A DNA stretch of 64,000 nucleotides, taken from the NCBI GenBank assembly GCA_946625575.1, contig CAMOTD010000001.1:67279-131278 (forward strand). The letters run 5' to 3'. Every line of letters begins with the position of its first letter. Position 1 is the first letter of the stretch. The notes beneath the pieces are model-generated. The model saw nothing but the letters and a program-made list of their open reading frames with translations. It had not been told where the DNA came from and did not search any database. The stretch comes from an uncultured Clostridia bacterium (GTDB lineage Bacteria > Bacillota > Clostridia > Christensenellales > CAG-138). This document shows, piece after piece, positions 45,993 through 56,437 of the stretch. A program made the translations under genes and the position numbers.

Positions 45993-47387
45993 ATGAGAAC
46001 TGAATTAACAATGGATAAAATCGTAGCTCTGTGTAAAAACCGGGGCTACATTTTCGCTGGGTCGGAGATCTACGGCGGACTTGCAAATACCTGGGATTAC
46101 GGTCCCCTGGGCGCAAGGCTCAAGAACAACGTTAAGGAGACCTGGCGTAAACGCTTTATACAGGAGCGTCATAACAGCTTCGAAGTCGACGCCGATATCC
46201 TCATGCATCCCCGAGTTTGGGAAGCGAGCGGTCATATCGCAAGCTTCTCCGATCCTCTGCTCGACTGCAAGGAGTGCAAAATGCGCTTCCGCGCCGATAA
46301 CCTGATCGAGGAATTCGATCCCGAGGCGCACGCCGACAGCATGACCCATGAGGAAATGTTTGATTTCATCAAGGCTCACCATATCGCCTGCCCCAACTGC
46401 GGCAAGCATAATTTCACCGATATTCGTGAGTTCAACCTGATGTTCCAGACATTCCGCGGCGTTACCAACGACGCGAAAGCCGCGATCTATTTAAGGCCGG
46501 AGAACGCGCAGGGCGAGTACGTGAACTTTACGAACGTACAGCGCACCATGCGCGCCAAGCTCCCGTTCAGCATCGGTCAGATCGGCAAGGCGTTCCGCAA
46601 CGAGATCACTCCCGGCAACTTCACCTTCCGCACCATCGAGTTCGAGCAGATGGAGTTCCAGACCTTCTGCAAGGAAGGCACCGACGCGGAGCTTTACGAA
46701 TACTTCAAGGATTACGGCATGAAGTATTATCAGGATCTCGGCATCGCTCCCGATCATCTGAGGTTCCACGATCACGAGAAGCTCGCGCATTACGCCAAAG
46801 CTGCGTGCGATATCGAGTTCCTCTTCCCCTTCGGCTGGGGAGAGATAAACGGCACGCATAACCGTACCGACTTCGATCTCAAGCGTCATCAGGAGTACAG
46901 CGGCACCAACATGGGATATCTTGATCCCGTTACGAACGAGCGTTATATCCCCTATATCATTGAGTCCACATACGGTCTCGACCGTACCGTGCTCGCAGTC
47001 CTCTGCGAAGCATATGACGAGGAGCTGCTTGACGAAGCGACTAACGACACGCGAGTTGTCCTTCATATAAAGCCCGTTCTCGCGCCCTATAAGGCGGCCG
47101 TGCTGCCCTTGAGCAAGAAGCTCTCCCCCAAGGCAATGGAGCTTCGCGACATGCTCTCGAAGCGCTTCATGGTCGATTTCGACGAGACAGGTTCCATCGG
47201 CAAGCGCTACCGCAGGCAGGATGAGATCGGCACGCCTCTCTGCATCACCGTCGATTTTGAGACGATCGAGGGCGGCGAAGGCGTCGACCCCGATACCGTG
47301 ACTGTCCGTGACCGCGACACGATGGAGCAGATCAGGCTTCCCATTTCGGAGCTTGAGGCGTATATCGCAAAGATCTGCGAGTTCTGA
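45993..47387 (+). CDS. glyQS: Glycine--tRNA ligase, alpha2 (dimeric) type
   Basis: SEIYGG, DYGPLG, WEASGH, YLRPE, GKAFRNEITPG, FEQME, GSIGKRYRRQDEIGTP; start reassigned to 45993. Confidence 0.96.
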   Translation: MRTELTMDKIVALCKNRGYIFAGSEIYGGLANTWDYGPLGARLKNNVKETWRKRFIQERHNSFEVDADILMHPRVWEASGHIASFSDPLLDCKECKMRFRADNLIEEFDPEAHADSMTHEEMFDFIKAHHIACPNCGKHNFTDIREFNLMFQTFRGVTNDAKAAIYLRPENAQGEYVNFTNVQRTMRAKLPFSIGQIGKAFRNEITPGNFTFRTIEFEQMEFQTFCKEGTDAELYEYFKDYGMKYYQDLGIAPDHLRFHDHEKLAHYAKAACDIEFLFPFGWGEINGTHNRTDFDLKRHQEYSGTNMGYLDPVTNERYIPYIIESTYGLDRTVLAVLCEAYDEELLDEATNDTRVVLHIKPVLAPYKAAVLPLSKKLSPKAMELRDMLSKRFMVDFDETGSIGKRYRRQDEIGTPLCITVDFETIEGGEGVDPDTVTVRDRDTMEQIRLPISELEAYIAKICEF

Positions 47388-47402
47388 TAAAACAAGCAAC
47401 AT

Positions 47403-47429
47403 AAAAGACCGGTTTTCGACCGGTCTTTT
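47403..47429. terminator. Bidirectional terminator
   Basis: AAAAGACCGGT-ttcg loop region-ACCGGTCTTTT. Confidence 0.85.
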
Positions 47430-47439
47430 CGTTTGCTTT

Positions 47440-48363
47440 TTATTGTTCGTTCAGCGGATTGAACCCCAATCCGTACGCTTCGTCTATGGTGGAAAGCATT
47501 ACCATCGCGTTGGGATCGGTCTTCTTTACGATCTCTCTCGTGGGGAAAACTTCCGTCTTCGAGCAGACGCACATGATTATATGCTTATCCTGCCCCGTGT
47601 AGGCGCCGACCGCCTTAAGGAACGTGACGCCGCGTTCGGTGACCTCGAATATCTTGTCCTTTATCTCGTCGGTCTTGTCGCTGATGATCAGCAGCATCTT
47701 CTGCGAACCGGAGCCGTACATGATCTTGTCGATTACGAGCGAGGAAAGTATCGTCATTATAATACCGTAAAGAACGGCGTTGATGTTTCTAAAGACCAGA
47801 CCGCCGATAAGTATGATGATGCCGTCGATTATGAGCGTTATGGAGCCTACGGACATATGCGGCTTCTTTTTCCTTATGCTCATAATAACGAAATCACTGC
47901 CGCCGGTAGACGAGCCGCGCATATAAATGAGGGCAAGTCCGGCGCCGGTCAGTATGCCTGCGAATACTGCGGAAAGCAAACGATTTGCTTCAGCGATAGT
48001 TTCGCCGCCGTACTGTGGGAAAAGAGGCGCGATAAAGTCGCCGAATATCCACATGAAGAGCATGGTCTTCACTGATTTCAAGAAGAACTTTTTGCCGAGA
48101 AGCTTAAAGCAAATGATCGCTATGGGGATATTTATAATATTCTGGCAAAGGAAAAGCGGCATCCACGGCAGATAATGATGGATGATAATAGAAATACCTC
48201 CTACACCGCCCGGGGCGAAATCGGCATTTGCGGCGAAAGTGTAATAGCCGACGGCATAAAGTATGGAGCCGATTATGTCATAGATCGTGTCGACTGCAAA
48301 TATCTTCAATGCGGTCTTTGTGAAATACTGCTTGATGTTCTTTTTTTCCTTGTTCTTCTTCAT
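47440..48363 (-). CDS. YitT family membrane protein (DUF161/DUF2179)
   Basis: APGGVGG, INIP, GSSTGGSD, RGVT...GAYTG, DPNA, GLGF. Confidence 0.9.
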   Translation of the reverse strand: MKKNKEKKNIKQYFTKTALKIFAVDTIYDIIGSILYAVGYYTFAANADFAPGGVGGISIIIHHYLPWMPLFLCQNIINIPIAIICFKLLGKKFFLKSVKTMLFMWIFGDFIAPLFPQYGGETIAEANRLLSAVFAGILTGAGLALIYMRGSSTGGSDFVIMSIRKKKPHMSVGSITLIIDGIIILIGGLVFRNINAVLYGIIMTILSSLVIDKIMYGSGSQKMLLIISDKTDEIKDKIFEVTERGVTFLKAVGAYTGQDKHIIMCVCSKTEVFPTREIVKKTDPNAMVMLSTIDEAYGLGFNPLNEQ

Positions 48364-48364
48364 A

Positions 48365-49132
48365 TCATTTCCTCGGAAGCTTCTGCTGTTTCAAGAATAC
48401 CTTCATCACAAATTTATGGGGCAGATGCTTTACAAGCGCGGCGTTCATCCTTGCATGACTGCCGTATATGGAAACGTCCTTCCTTGTATCCATATCCTTT
48501 ATCGCACGTTCTACGACCTTCTCGGGATCGTACATGCACTCATAATAGCTGATCGTGTCGTCCGATACTGCGCGGTCAAAAAACTCGGTCTTCGTCCAAT
48601 AGGGACATACGGCGAGCGCCTTTATCCCGCGGGGCTTGAGCTCCACGTTGAGCGCCCTTGTAAAGCTCAGCGCAAACGCTTTCGACGCGCCGTACACGTT
48701 TATGTAGGGAATCGGCTGGAGCGCCGCAACGGAGCAGATATTCCAAATCTTAGATCCGGAGACCATGTAAGGAAGCGAAACGTAAGTCATGCCGACGACC
48801 GCGGAATCATTGAGCGCTATCATCTCGTAATAGCCGTCGAGGGGCGCCTTGTCGAACTCCTTAAAATAGCCGAAGCCGCTCGCATTGACGAGCACGCTAA
48901 TCTCGGGCTTCTCGGTCTCGAGAATGCGCTTATACTCCTCTATGCTCTCCCTCTTGGTGAGATCGAGCGATATGGGTCTTATCGGAGTATCAACGATATC
49001 CTTAAGCGCCTCAAGCCTTTCAAGACGTCTCGCGATTACCCAAACCTCATCAAAACTGTATTTTCGAGTTAGCTTTTTTACGAATTCCCTTCCCATGCCG
49101 GAGGAAGCGCCGGTAATAACTGCTATTTTCAT
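48365..49132 (-). CDS. Short-chain dehydrogenase/reductase
   Basis: ITGASSGMG, ARR, LVNASG, YGASK, CPYW. Confidence 0.92.
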   Translation of the reverse strand: MKIAVITGASSGMGREFVKKLTRKYSFDEVWVIARRLERLEALKDIVDTPIRPISLDLTKRESIEEYKRILETEKPEISVLVNASGFGYFKEFDKAPLDGYYEMIALNDSAVVGMTYVSLPYMVSGSKIWNICSVAALQPIPYINVYGASKAFALSFTRALNVELKPRGIKALAVCPYWTKTEFFDRAVSDDTISYYECMYDPEKVVERAIKDMDTRKDVSIYGSHARMNAALVKHLPHKFVMKVFLKQQKLPRK

Positions 49133-49153
49133 AAACGCTCCTTACAATAAGAT

Positions 49154-49184
49154 GCGGCCGCAAAGTCGTTTCCTCTGCGGCCGC
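49154..49184. terminator. GC-rich hairpin after ppdK (weak U tract)
   Basis: GCGGCCGCA...TGCGGCCGC. Confidence 0.5.
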
Positions 49185-49204
49185 GAAAAGTCTTTATCAG
49201 CCTA

Positions 49205-51832
49205 TCAGTCGTTATTGAGCCTGGCCTGAGCGGCGGCAAGACGAGCAATGGGCACGCGGAACGGCGAGCAGGATACGTAATTCAGACCGATCCTGTGGCA
49301 GAAATCGATGGAGGACGGATCGCCGCCGTGTTCGCCGCAGATACCCAGCTTGATGTTGGGGCGGGTGGCGCGGCCGAGTTCGGCAGCCATCTTCATCAGC
49401 TTGCCGACGCCGACCTGATCGATGCGCGCGAAGGGATCGGATTCGAAGATCTTCTTCGCATAATAGTCATTCAGGAACTTGCCAGCGTCGTCACGGCTGA
49501 AGCCGAAGGTCATCTGGGTAAGATCGTTGGTGCCGAAGGAGAAGAACTCGGCTTCCTTGGCGATCTCATCAGCGGTAAGGGCAGCCCTGGGGATCTCGAT
49601 CATGGTACCTACCATGTAGGGGATCTCAAGACCGCGCTCCTCCATGACCTTCTCGGCGGTGGCGACTACGAAGGACTTAACGTATGCAAGCTCCTTGACT
49701 TCGCCTACGAGCGGGATCATGATCTCGGGAACGATATTGAAGCCGGTCTCCTGACGGACCTCGATAGCCGCTTCGATAACGGCGCGGGTCTGCATCTCGG
49801 CGATCTCGGGATAGGTGACGGAAAGACGGCAGCCGCGGTGACCCATCATGGGGTTGGACTCGTGAAGCGCGGCGACGGTCTCGCGCAGGGTCTCAAACTC
49901 GATACCCATGTTTTTTGCGAGCTCGGCGATATCCTCGTCCTTGGTGGGAAGGAACTCGTGGAGAGGCGGATCCAGGAAGCGGATCGTAACGGGACGCTCT
50001 TCCATAGCCTTGTAGATGCCCTTGAAGTCCTCACGCTGCATGGGGAGGAGCTTTGCAAGAGCCTTCTGACGCTCTTCAACGGTCTTGCTGACGATCATCT
50101 CGCGAACAGCGGGGATCCTATCCTCGTCGAAGAACATATGCTCGGTACGGCAGAGGCCGATGCCCTCAGCGCCGAACTTTACAGCCATAGCCGCCTGAGA
50201 GGGAGAATCGGCGTTGGTGCGGATCTTGAGAGTGCGGATGCTGTCCGCCCACTCCATAATGGTGGCGAAATTGCCGGAAAGCTCCGCGGGCGCGGTCTTA
50301 ATAGCCTCGGCATAAACGTTGCCGGTGGTGCCGTCAAGGCTCATCCAATCGCCCTCGTGAAGCACGAGACCGGAGGTAAACGTGATGGTCTTCGCGGGCT
50401 CGTCGATATAAGCGGATTTGCAGCCGGATACGCAGCAGGTACCGAGCTGACGAGCAACGACCGCAGCGTGGCTGGTCATACCGCCGAAGGAGGTGAAGAT
50501 ACCCTCGGAAGCGGTCATGCCCTCGATATCCTCGGGGCTGGTCTCCTTGCGGGCAAGGATGACCTTTTCTCCCGCCTCGTGATGAGCTTTCGCGTCATCG
50601 GCGGAGAAATAGACCTTACCGCAGGCGGCTCCGGGAGAAGCGGCAAGACCCGCAGCAACGGGCTTCGCGGCCTTAAGAGCCTCTGCTACGAACTGGGGAT
50701 GCAGGAGCGCGTCAAGGGATTTGGGATCGATCATTTTGACGGCTTCTTCCTTGGTGATCATGCCCTCGTTTACGAGGTCGACCGCAACCTGGAGAGCGGC
50801 GGCGGCGGTGCGCTTGCCGTTCCTGGTCTGGAGCATGAAGAGCTTACCGCGTTCGATGGTGAACTCCATATCCTGCATGTCGCGATAATGCTTTTCAAGA
50901 ATATCGGCGACCTCAACGAACTGGTTGTAAACAGCCTCGTTGATGTTCTTGAGGGAATCGATATGCTCGGGAGTGCGGATGCCCGCGACGACGTCCTCGC
51001 CCTGGGCGTTCATAAGGAACTCGCCGAAGAGCTTCTTTTCGCCGGTGGCGGGGTTACGGGTGAACGCAACGCCGGTACCGGAATCGTCGCCCATGTTGCC
51101 GAATACCATGCTCTGCACGTTGACGGCGGTGCCCCAGCTGGCGGGGATGTCGTTCATGCGGCGGTAAACGATGGCGCGGGGGTTGTCCCAGCTGCGGAAT
51201 ACGGCCTTGACAGCCTCAAGCAGCTGCTCCATGGGATCCTGGGGGAAATCCTGACCGAGCTCGGCCTTATAAAGGGCCTTATACTCGTTGATGAGCTCCT
51301 TCAAGTTCTCGGCGGTGAGATCCTTGTCGAGCTCCACGTTATTCTGACGCTTCTTATTCTCAAGGAGCTTGGAGAACTTCTCCTTATCGATCTCCTTAAC
51401 AACGTCGCTGAACATCTGGATGAAGCGGCGATAGCTGTCATAAGCGAAGCGGGGATTGTTGGTGAGCCTTGCGAGCGCCTCGACCGTCTCGTCATTGAGA
51501 CCGAGGTTGAGGATGGTATCCATCATGCCGGGCATACTTGCGCGTGCGCCGGAACGAACGGATACGAGGAAGGGATTCTCGGTGGAGCCGAATTTCTTGC
51601 CGGCCTTCTCCTCCGTAATGGCGAGGGCTTCCTTGATCTGCTCGACTATCTCGTCGTTGATCTTTTTGCCGTCCTCATAATAACGGGTGCAGGCTTCGGT
51701 GCTTACCGTGAAACCGTAAGGTACGGGCAGACCCAGAGAGGTCATCTCGGCAAGGTTGGCGCCTTTGCCGCCGAGCAGATTACGCATGCCCGCGTTACCT
51801 TCGTTAAAAAGGTAAACATACTTCTTTGACAT
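49205..51832 (-). CDS. ppdK: Pyruvate, phosphate dikinase
   Basis: LLGGKGANLAEM, SVRSGA..SMPGMMDT, GGMTSHAAVVAR, GLCRTEHM, FSFGTNDLTQ, GICGEHGG. Confidence 0.98.
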   Translation of the reverse strand: MSKKYVYLFNEGNAGMRNLLGGKGANLAEMTSLGLPVPYGFTVSTEACTRYYEDGKKINDEIVEQIKEALAITEEKAGKKFGSTENPFLVSVRSGARASMPGMMDTILNLGLNDETVEALARLTNNPRFAYDSYRRFIQMFSDVVKEIDKEKFSKLLENKKRQNNVELDKDLTAENLKELINEYKALYKAELGQDFPQDPMEQLLEAVKAVFRSWDNPRAIVYRRMNDIPASWGTAVNVQSMVFGNMGDDSGTGVAFTRNPATGEKKLFGEFLMNAQGEDVVAGIRTPEHIDSLKNINEAVYNQFVEVADILEKHYRDMQDMEFTIERGKLFMLQTRNGKRTAAAALQVAVDLVNEGMITKEEAVKMIDPKSLDALLHPQFVAEALKAAKPVAAGLAASPGAACGKVYFSADDAKAHHEAGEKVILARKETSPEDIEGMTASEGIFTSFGGMTSHAAVVARQLGTCCVSGCKSAYIDEPAKTITFTSGLVLHEGDWMSLDGTTGNVYAEAIKTAPAELSGNFATIMEWADSIRTLKIRTNADSPSQAAMAVKFGAEGIGLCRTEHMFFDEDRIPAVREMIVSKTVEERQKALAKLLPMQREDFKGIYKAMEERPVTIRFLDPPLHEFLPTKDEDIAELAKNMGIEFETLRETVAALHESNPMMGHRGCRLSVTYPEIAEMQTRAVIEAAIEVRQETGFNIVPEIMIPLVGEVKELAYVKSFVVATAEKVMEERGLEIPYMVGTMIEIPRAALTADEIAKEAEFFSFGTNDLTQMTFGFSRDDAGKFLNDYYAKKIFESDPFARIDQVGVGKLMKMAAELGRATRPNIKLGICGEHGGDPSSIDFCHRIGLNYVSCSPFRVPIARLAAAQARLNND

Positions 51833-51899
51833 AAGTTTTCCTCCAAATATATTTCAATTTTTTTCAAACCGATGTAATTCCGGACAGTCGGAATGCTTT

Positions 51900-51928
51900 A
51901 TTATAATATAACGAAGCTTTCATTTCAA
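51900..51928 (-). promoter_or_regulatory. sigmaA promoter for ppdK
   Basis: Minus strand TTGAAA, 17 nt spacer, TATAAT. Confidence 0.75.
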
Positions 51929-52095
51929 GAGGAAGCAACCTATATATTATAATAATTTTTCAAAATAATACCTTCCCCGCAGTCATTTCAGCCATATTTC
52001 GTATAGTTTCAGCAAAATATATCATTTGTGTGTGCAGGAGAATAAGATATAGGGTAGAAATAGAATAGCAAACAATGGACTGGAGTTTTATCGAA

Positions 52096-53871
52096 TTGGC
52101 ATTCCCCGAATCATGGCTAAATGAATTGATGAGCAAGAACGACATCGCATCTGTAATTGCGGAGTATGTTCAGCTCACGCCCAAGGGCAGCAGGCTGTGG
52201 GGGCATTGTCCGTTCCACGTTGATAAGACTCCGTCTTTTTCGGTTTCGCCCGATAAACAGCTGTTTCATTGTTTCTCCTGCCATGCGGGCGGAAGCGTTA
52301 TACAGTTCATAATGCAGGCGGAAAACCTCTCCTATATCGACGCCGTTCGTCAGCTTGCACAGCGCGCGGGTATGGACATGCCGAACGAGATCGACGACCG
52401 GAAGCTTCTCGATCAGAAGCGCCGCAGAGAAAGGATCTACGAGGCAAATCGCGAAGCCGCGGTGTATTACAATAAGCTGCTGTTTTCGCCGCTTGGCGCC
52501 GAGGCGCAGAAATATCTTGAAAAACGCGGCGTATCGGCAGAGACGGCAAAGCGCTTCGGGCTCGGCTATTCCCCGAACGGGTTCGACGAATTGAGCGATC
52601 ATCTTTTGGAAAAAGGTTTTTCAAGGGAGATAATATTAGAATCGGGTCTTGCCGTTTCGGGCAAAAAGGATCCTTCCAAAATATTCGACTTTTTCCGGGG
52701 ACGCCTTATGTTCCCCGTTATTTCCGCCGCAGGAAAGGTCATCGCTTTCGGCGGCAGGACCATGGGCAGCGACGAGCCCAAATACATAAACACAGGCGAT
52801 ACGCCCGTTTACAACAAACGCGAAAACATCTACGCCATCAACATGTTAAAAGGCAAGAAGCTCGACGATATCATTATGGTCGAGGGCTATATGGACGTTA
52901 TAAGCCTTCACCAGGCGGGGATCGACAATGCCGTCGCATCGCTGGGCACAGCGCTTACGATTCAGCAGGCAAGGCTTATAAAGCGTTATGCGCCCAAGGT
53001 GTTCTACGCCTACGACGGCGACGAAGCGGGACAAAAAGCGATGGTACGCGGCATCGATATACTCCGTTCCTCTGAGATCGAGCCGAGAGTCATCGTAATA
53101 CCCGGCGGAATGGATCCCGATGAATACGTAAAGGCAAACGGTCCGGACAGCTTCCTCTCCCTGAAGGACGCTTCGATCACGGGAATTAGGTTCAAGCTCG
53201 AGAGGATCGCCCGCATACACGGGACAGATACTCCCGACGGGCGTGAAAAATTCGCCCGCGAGGCGTGTTCGCTGCTCGCTTCGCTCGATCCCGTGGAACG
53301 CGATCGTTACATCCCCTTTGTATCCGAAAAGAGCGGCGTCTCTTCCGAGACCGTCAGGGAGCAGTGCGGCGTTTCCGTGAAAGCTCCCGATTCAGATCGG
53401 CAGCATGTCAAGTACAATTACAAGCGGCCCAAGTCCGATCCCGAGACGGTAAAAACGGAGCAGCGGCTTTTGGGGTGCATCATGTCCTCTCGTGACAACG
53501 GCATCGAGATCGGAAAGAACAAGGATTTCTCTCTGTCGTTATTTACCGTTGATGCATTACGCGCTTTCGCGGCGAGGCTCCTTGCCGCATACCGCACCGG
53601 CGGCAAGCCGGATATATCCGTTATGATAGCGGAGCTTGAACCGGACGCCGCAGAATCGGTTTCGGGCGCGTTCGCACTTTCGGAGGATATCCCCCGCCCC
53701 GTCGTCTATGCCGCCGATCTTATGAAAAACATGGCGCTTGCCGCCTTAAAGGACAAGCTGACCGAATTATCAAGGCGCGCAAAGGAAAACATATCTGCTG
53801 AGGAAAAGGCTGCAGTAATTAAGGAATACGCCGAAAAATACGCCGAATACCGGACCAGATCCGGTTCGTGA
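52096..53871 (+). CDS. dnaG: DNA primase
   Basis: CPFH..KTPSF...HCFSC Zn finger, FGGR, PKYIN, VEGYMD, YDGDEAG, DPD; start probably TTG 52096 after GGAG. Confidence 0.97.
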   Translation: MAFPESWLNELMSKNDIASVIAEYVQLTPKGSRLWGHCPFHVDKTPSFSVSPDKQLFHCFSCHAGGSVIQFIMQAENLSYIDAVRQLAQRAGMDMPNEIDDRKLLDQKRRRERIYEANREAAVYYNKLLFSPLGAEAQKYLEKRGVSAETAKRFGLGYSPNGFDELSDHLLEKGFSREIILESGLAVSGKKDPSKIFDFFRGRLMFPVISAAGKVIAFGGRTMGSDEPKYINTGDTPVYNKRENIYAINMLKGKKLDDIIMVEGYMDVISLHQAGIDNAVASLGTALTIQQARLIKRYAPKVFYAYDGDEAGQKAMVRGIDILRSSEIEPRVIVIPGGMDPDEYVKANGPDSFLSLKDASITGIRFKLERIARIHGTDTPDGREKFAREACSLLASLDPVERDRYIPFVSEKSGVSSETVREQCGVSVKAPDSDRQHVKYNYKRPKSDPETVKTEQRLLGCIMSSRDNGIEIGKNKDFSLSLFTVDALRAFAARLLAAYRTGGKPDISVMIAELEPDAAESVSGAFALSEDIPRPVVYAADLMKNMALAALKDKLTELSRRAKENISAEEKAAVIKEYAEKYAEYRTRSGS

Positions 53872-53909
53872 GTATAAAACCGTTTAATAACCAAGGAGGT
53901 TCAATTATA

Positions 53910-55211
53910 ATGGGAGAAGAAAAGAAGGATCATCTCAAACTTGTTGACGAACTCATCGAGCGCAACAAGGACAAGGGAGTCATGACATATAAGGACGTCA
54001 TGGACACCTTTGAAAACATTGATCTTACTTCCGAAAAGATCGAATCGATCTACGATCGTTTCGAGGCCGCCAACATCGACATTGTGGAGGATATCGATAT
54101 CAACGAGGGGCTCGATATCGACATACCCGACGCGGAGAACGATCAGGCGAATGCATCCTCCGACAGCTCGAGCGACGCAATAGCGATCGACGATCCTGTC
54201 AGGATGTATCTCAAGGAGATCGGCCGCGTGCCTCTTCTTACCGGCAATGAGGAGATCGAGATCGCCACCCGTATGGCGAACGGCAAACCCGCGGAGCTTG
54301 CAATAATCAATTTCGCAAAGGCCGAGACCGGCGAGGATTACGAGGATTTCAAAAACGCCATTATCGATCTTGCCGAAAAGAAACTCGGCGAATCCTTCAA
54401 GGATAGGGATTATACTTATGCGGTCGAAGCCCTTGCCCAAACCGACGCCGCTATCGATCCCGCAACGCTGGAGCTTGCCGAGGACGGTCAGTACGCAAAG
54501 AGCCAGCTCGCCGAAGCAAACCTCCGTCTCGTCGTAAGCGTTGCAAAGCGTTACGTCGGCAGAGGTATGCTCTTCCTCGATCTCATCCAGGAGGGCAACC
54601 TCGGTCTTATAAAAGCGGTCGAAAAATTCGATTACCGTAAAGGCTACAAGTTCTCCACCTATGCGACTTGGTGGATCCGTCAGGCAATCACAAGGGCGAT
54701 TGCCGATCAGGCAAGGACGATCCGCATCCCCGTCCATATGGTCGAGACGATCAACAAGCTCGTTCGCGTGAACCGTCAGCTCCTGCAGGAGCTCGGACGC
54801 GAGCCGAGACCCGAGGAGATCGCCAAGGAGATGGGTATTTCCGAGGAGAAGGTGCGCGAGATCATAAAGATCGCGCAGGAGCCCGTTTCGCTCGAAACGC
54901 CTATCGGCGAAGAAGAGGATTCCCACCTCGGCGATTTCATTGCGGACGATGAAGCCCCCGCTCCCGAGAGCATCGCTTCCACCTCCATGCTGCAGAGCCA
55001 TCTTGAAGAGGTGCTCCGCACTCTCACCCCGCGCGAGGAAAAGGTGCTGAGGCTTCGCTTCGGTCTTGACGACGGCAAGACGAGGACGCTCGAGGACGTC
55101 GGTAAGGAGTTCAACGTCACACGTGAGCGCATCCGCCAGATCGAAGCGAAGGCGCTCCGCAAGCTCCGCCATCCCTCAAGGAGCAAGCGGCTCAAGGATT
55201 TCCTTGATTGA
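53910..55211 (+). CDS. sigA: RNA polymerase primary sigma factor SigA/RpoD
   Basis: [57 protein letters not shown]; AAGGAGG RBS before ATG 53910. Confidence 0.98.
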   Translation: MGEEKKDHLKLVDELIERNKDKGVMTYKDVMDTFENIDLTSEKIESIYDRFEAANIDIVEDIDINEGLDIDIPDAENDQANASSDSSSDAIAIDDPVRMYLKEIGRVPLLTGNEEIEIATRMANGKPAELAIINFAKAETGEDYEDFKNAIIDLAEKKLGESFKDRDYTYAVEALAQTDAAIDPATLELAEDGQYAKSQLAEANLRLVVSVAKRYVGRGMLFLDLIQEGNLGLIKAVEKFDYRKGYKFSTYATWWIRQAITRAIADQARTIRIPVHMVETINKLVRVNRQLLQELGREPRPEEIAKEMGISEEKVREIIKIAQEPVSLETPIGEEEDSHLGDFIADDEAPAPESIASTSMLQSHLEEVLRTLTPREEKVLRLRFGLDDGKTRTLEDVGKEFNVTRERIRQIEAKALRKLRHPSRSKRLKDFLD

Positions 55212-55224
55212 CGCATAAATGAAC

Positions 55225-55252
55225 AAGCCCGGTGCATATGCACCGGGCTTTT
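55225..55252. terminator. Terminator after sigA (perfect 26-bp palindrome)
   Basis: AAGCCCGGTGCATATGCACCGGGCTT followed by TT. Confidence 0.8.
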
Positions 55253-55265
55253 ACTTATGGATCCG

Positions 55266-56012
55266 TCAAACTCTTTTAGCTATCTCGAGCGCAATTTTAA
55301 GCTTTGTCGAATCATGATTTGCTTCGTGCAGTCCGGAGACGTCATAAGCCTCTCCGTCAAGCGCGTCGCCCGCCTGCAGGAAGGAGTAAAGATGCATCCC
55401 GTGAAAGTCGCATACGGCTTGAAGCCCCGCCATCTCCATATCAACGACGATACATCCCTCGGACACGCGCTTTTCGAGCTTTGACCTCGTTTCGCGGTAA
55501 AACGCGTCGGTCGTCCATGTGCGTCCCGAAGCATACGGGATGCCAAGCTCGCCGAAAATACGGGCGGTCGTTTTGTTATCGGCAAGATCGATATAATCGG
55601 AGGGCGGCGCATAATGATAAGACAAACCTTCGTCTCGGTAAGCCGCCATGGGTATAACGAAACGGCCCGCGATAGCCTGCTTGTCAAGCGCACCTGCGGA
55701 GCCGAAAACGACGAACGATGACGCACCCGCAATGTAATTCAGATCGACAAGCTCCGTCCCCGCGATCGTCGAACCGACGGAAAGCAGAAACGCGCCGAAC
55801 GTTTTGCCGTCCAAGTCAAAGGCATAGATGGGCTGCGAGCCCTTTACGGAACCGAGATGCGCGACAACGCGGGATCTATACATCGACAGCAGCTCGTCAA
55901 GTATCTTCGGAGAAAACGTGCAGATACAGACGTCGAAGTATTTGCCGACGTCCTTATAGATATCCTCCGGTCCGATTATCGCTTTATCGCGGCTGAATCC
56001 TTCGGTGATCAT
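55266..56012 (-). CDS. Nucleoside phosphorylase family (PNP_UDP_1) protein
   Basis: [30 protein letters not shown]. Confidence 0.88.
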   Translation of the reverse strand: MITEGFSRDKAIIGPEDIYKDVGKYFDVCICTFSPKILDELLSMYRSRVVAHLGSVKGSQPIYAFDLDGKTFGAFLLSVGSTIAGTELVDLNYIAGASSFVVFGSAGALDKQAIAGRFVIPMAAYRDEGLSYHYAPPSDYIDLADNKTTARIFGELGIPYASGRTWTTDAFYRETRSKLEKRVSEGCIVVDMEMAGLQAVCDFHGMHLYSFLQAGDALDGEAYDVSGLHEANHDSTKLKIALEIAKRV

Positions 56013-56335
56013 TTTTCGTCAATATCGAAATAAAAATCGATGACCTTTCTTTCCTCTATGACCTTGCCGATATAGGCAAGCACCTTTTGATGCTCGGGAT
56101 GATCGCGGTATGCGAAGAAACCGTCAAGATCGGGAAGAGTGCAAATAAGGCACATATCTGAGGACGCGGGAGTATGGAGAACGTCCGTGCCGACCTCGGC
56201 GGAAATAAGCGTGGGGACCTTCCCTACAAGACTCAGAAGACCGTCTTTAACGATCTCCATATTCTCTTCCTTCGTATGCCCTTCGGCGTTATCAAGAAAT
56301 TTCCAGAATACGATGTGTTTTAACATTTTTGTCAT
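56009..56335 (-). CDS. Dabb (stress-responsive alpha/beta barrel) protein
   Basis: KHIVFWKF, YRDHPEH, VIDF; ATGA overlap with the phosphorylase. Confidence 0.85.
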   Translation of the reverse strand: MTKMLKHIVFWKFLDNAEGHTKEENMEIVKDGLLSLVGKVPTLISAEVGTDVLHTPASSDMCLICTLPDLDGFFAYRDHPEHQKVLAYIGKVIEERKVIDFYFDIDEK

Positions 56336-56437
56336 CTCCTTTTCCTGCTTCCATTATATAACGGTTTGTGTTCAGAATGCAACAGGTTTTATATCGGTCG
56401 ATCTGACAACACTATCTATTGCAAGGAGATAGAACAC

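Noticed and set aside
49295-51829. 844-aa ORF antisense to ppdK
   Set aside because: Codon-aligned with ppdK (offset 90 nt). It stays open because this highly biased gene avoids TTA, CTA and TCA codons; no recognisable motifs.
53901-55172. 423-aa ORF antisense to sigA (similar shadows opposite glyQS, buk, ptb, ftsY and dnaE)
   Set aside because: In-register shadow ORFs; a genome-wide codon-usage effect, not overlapping genes.
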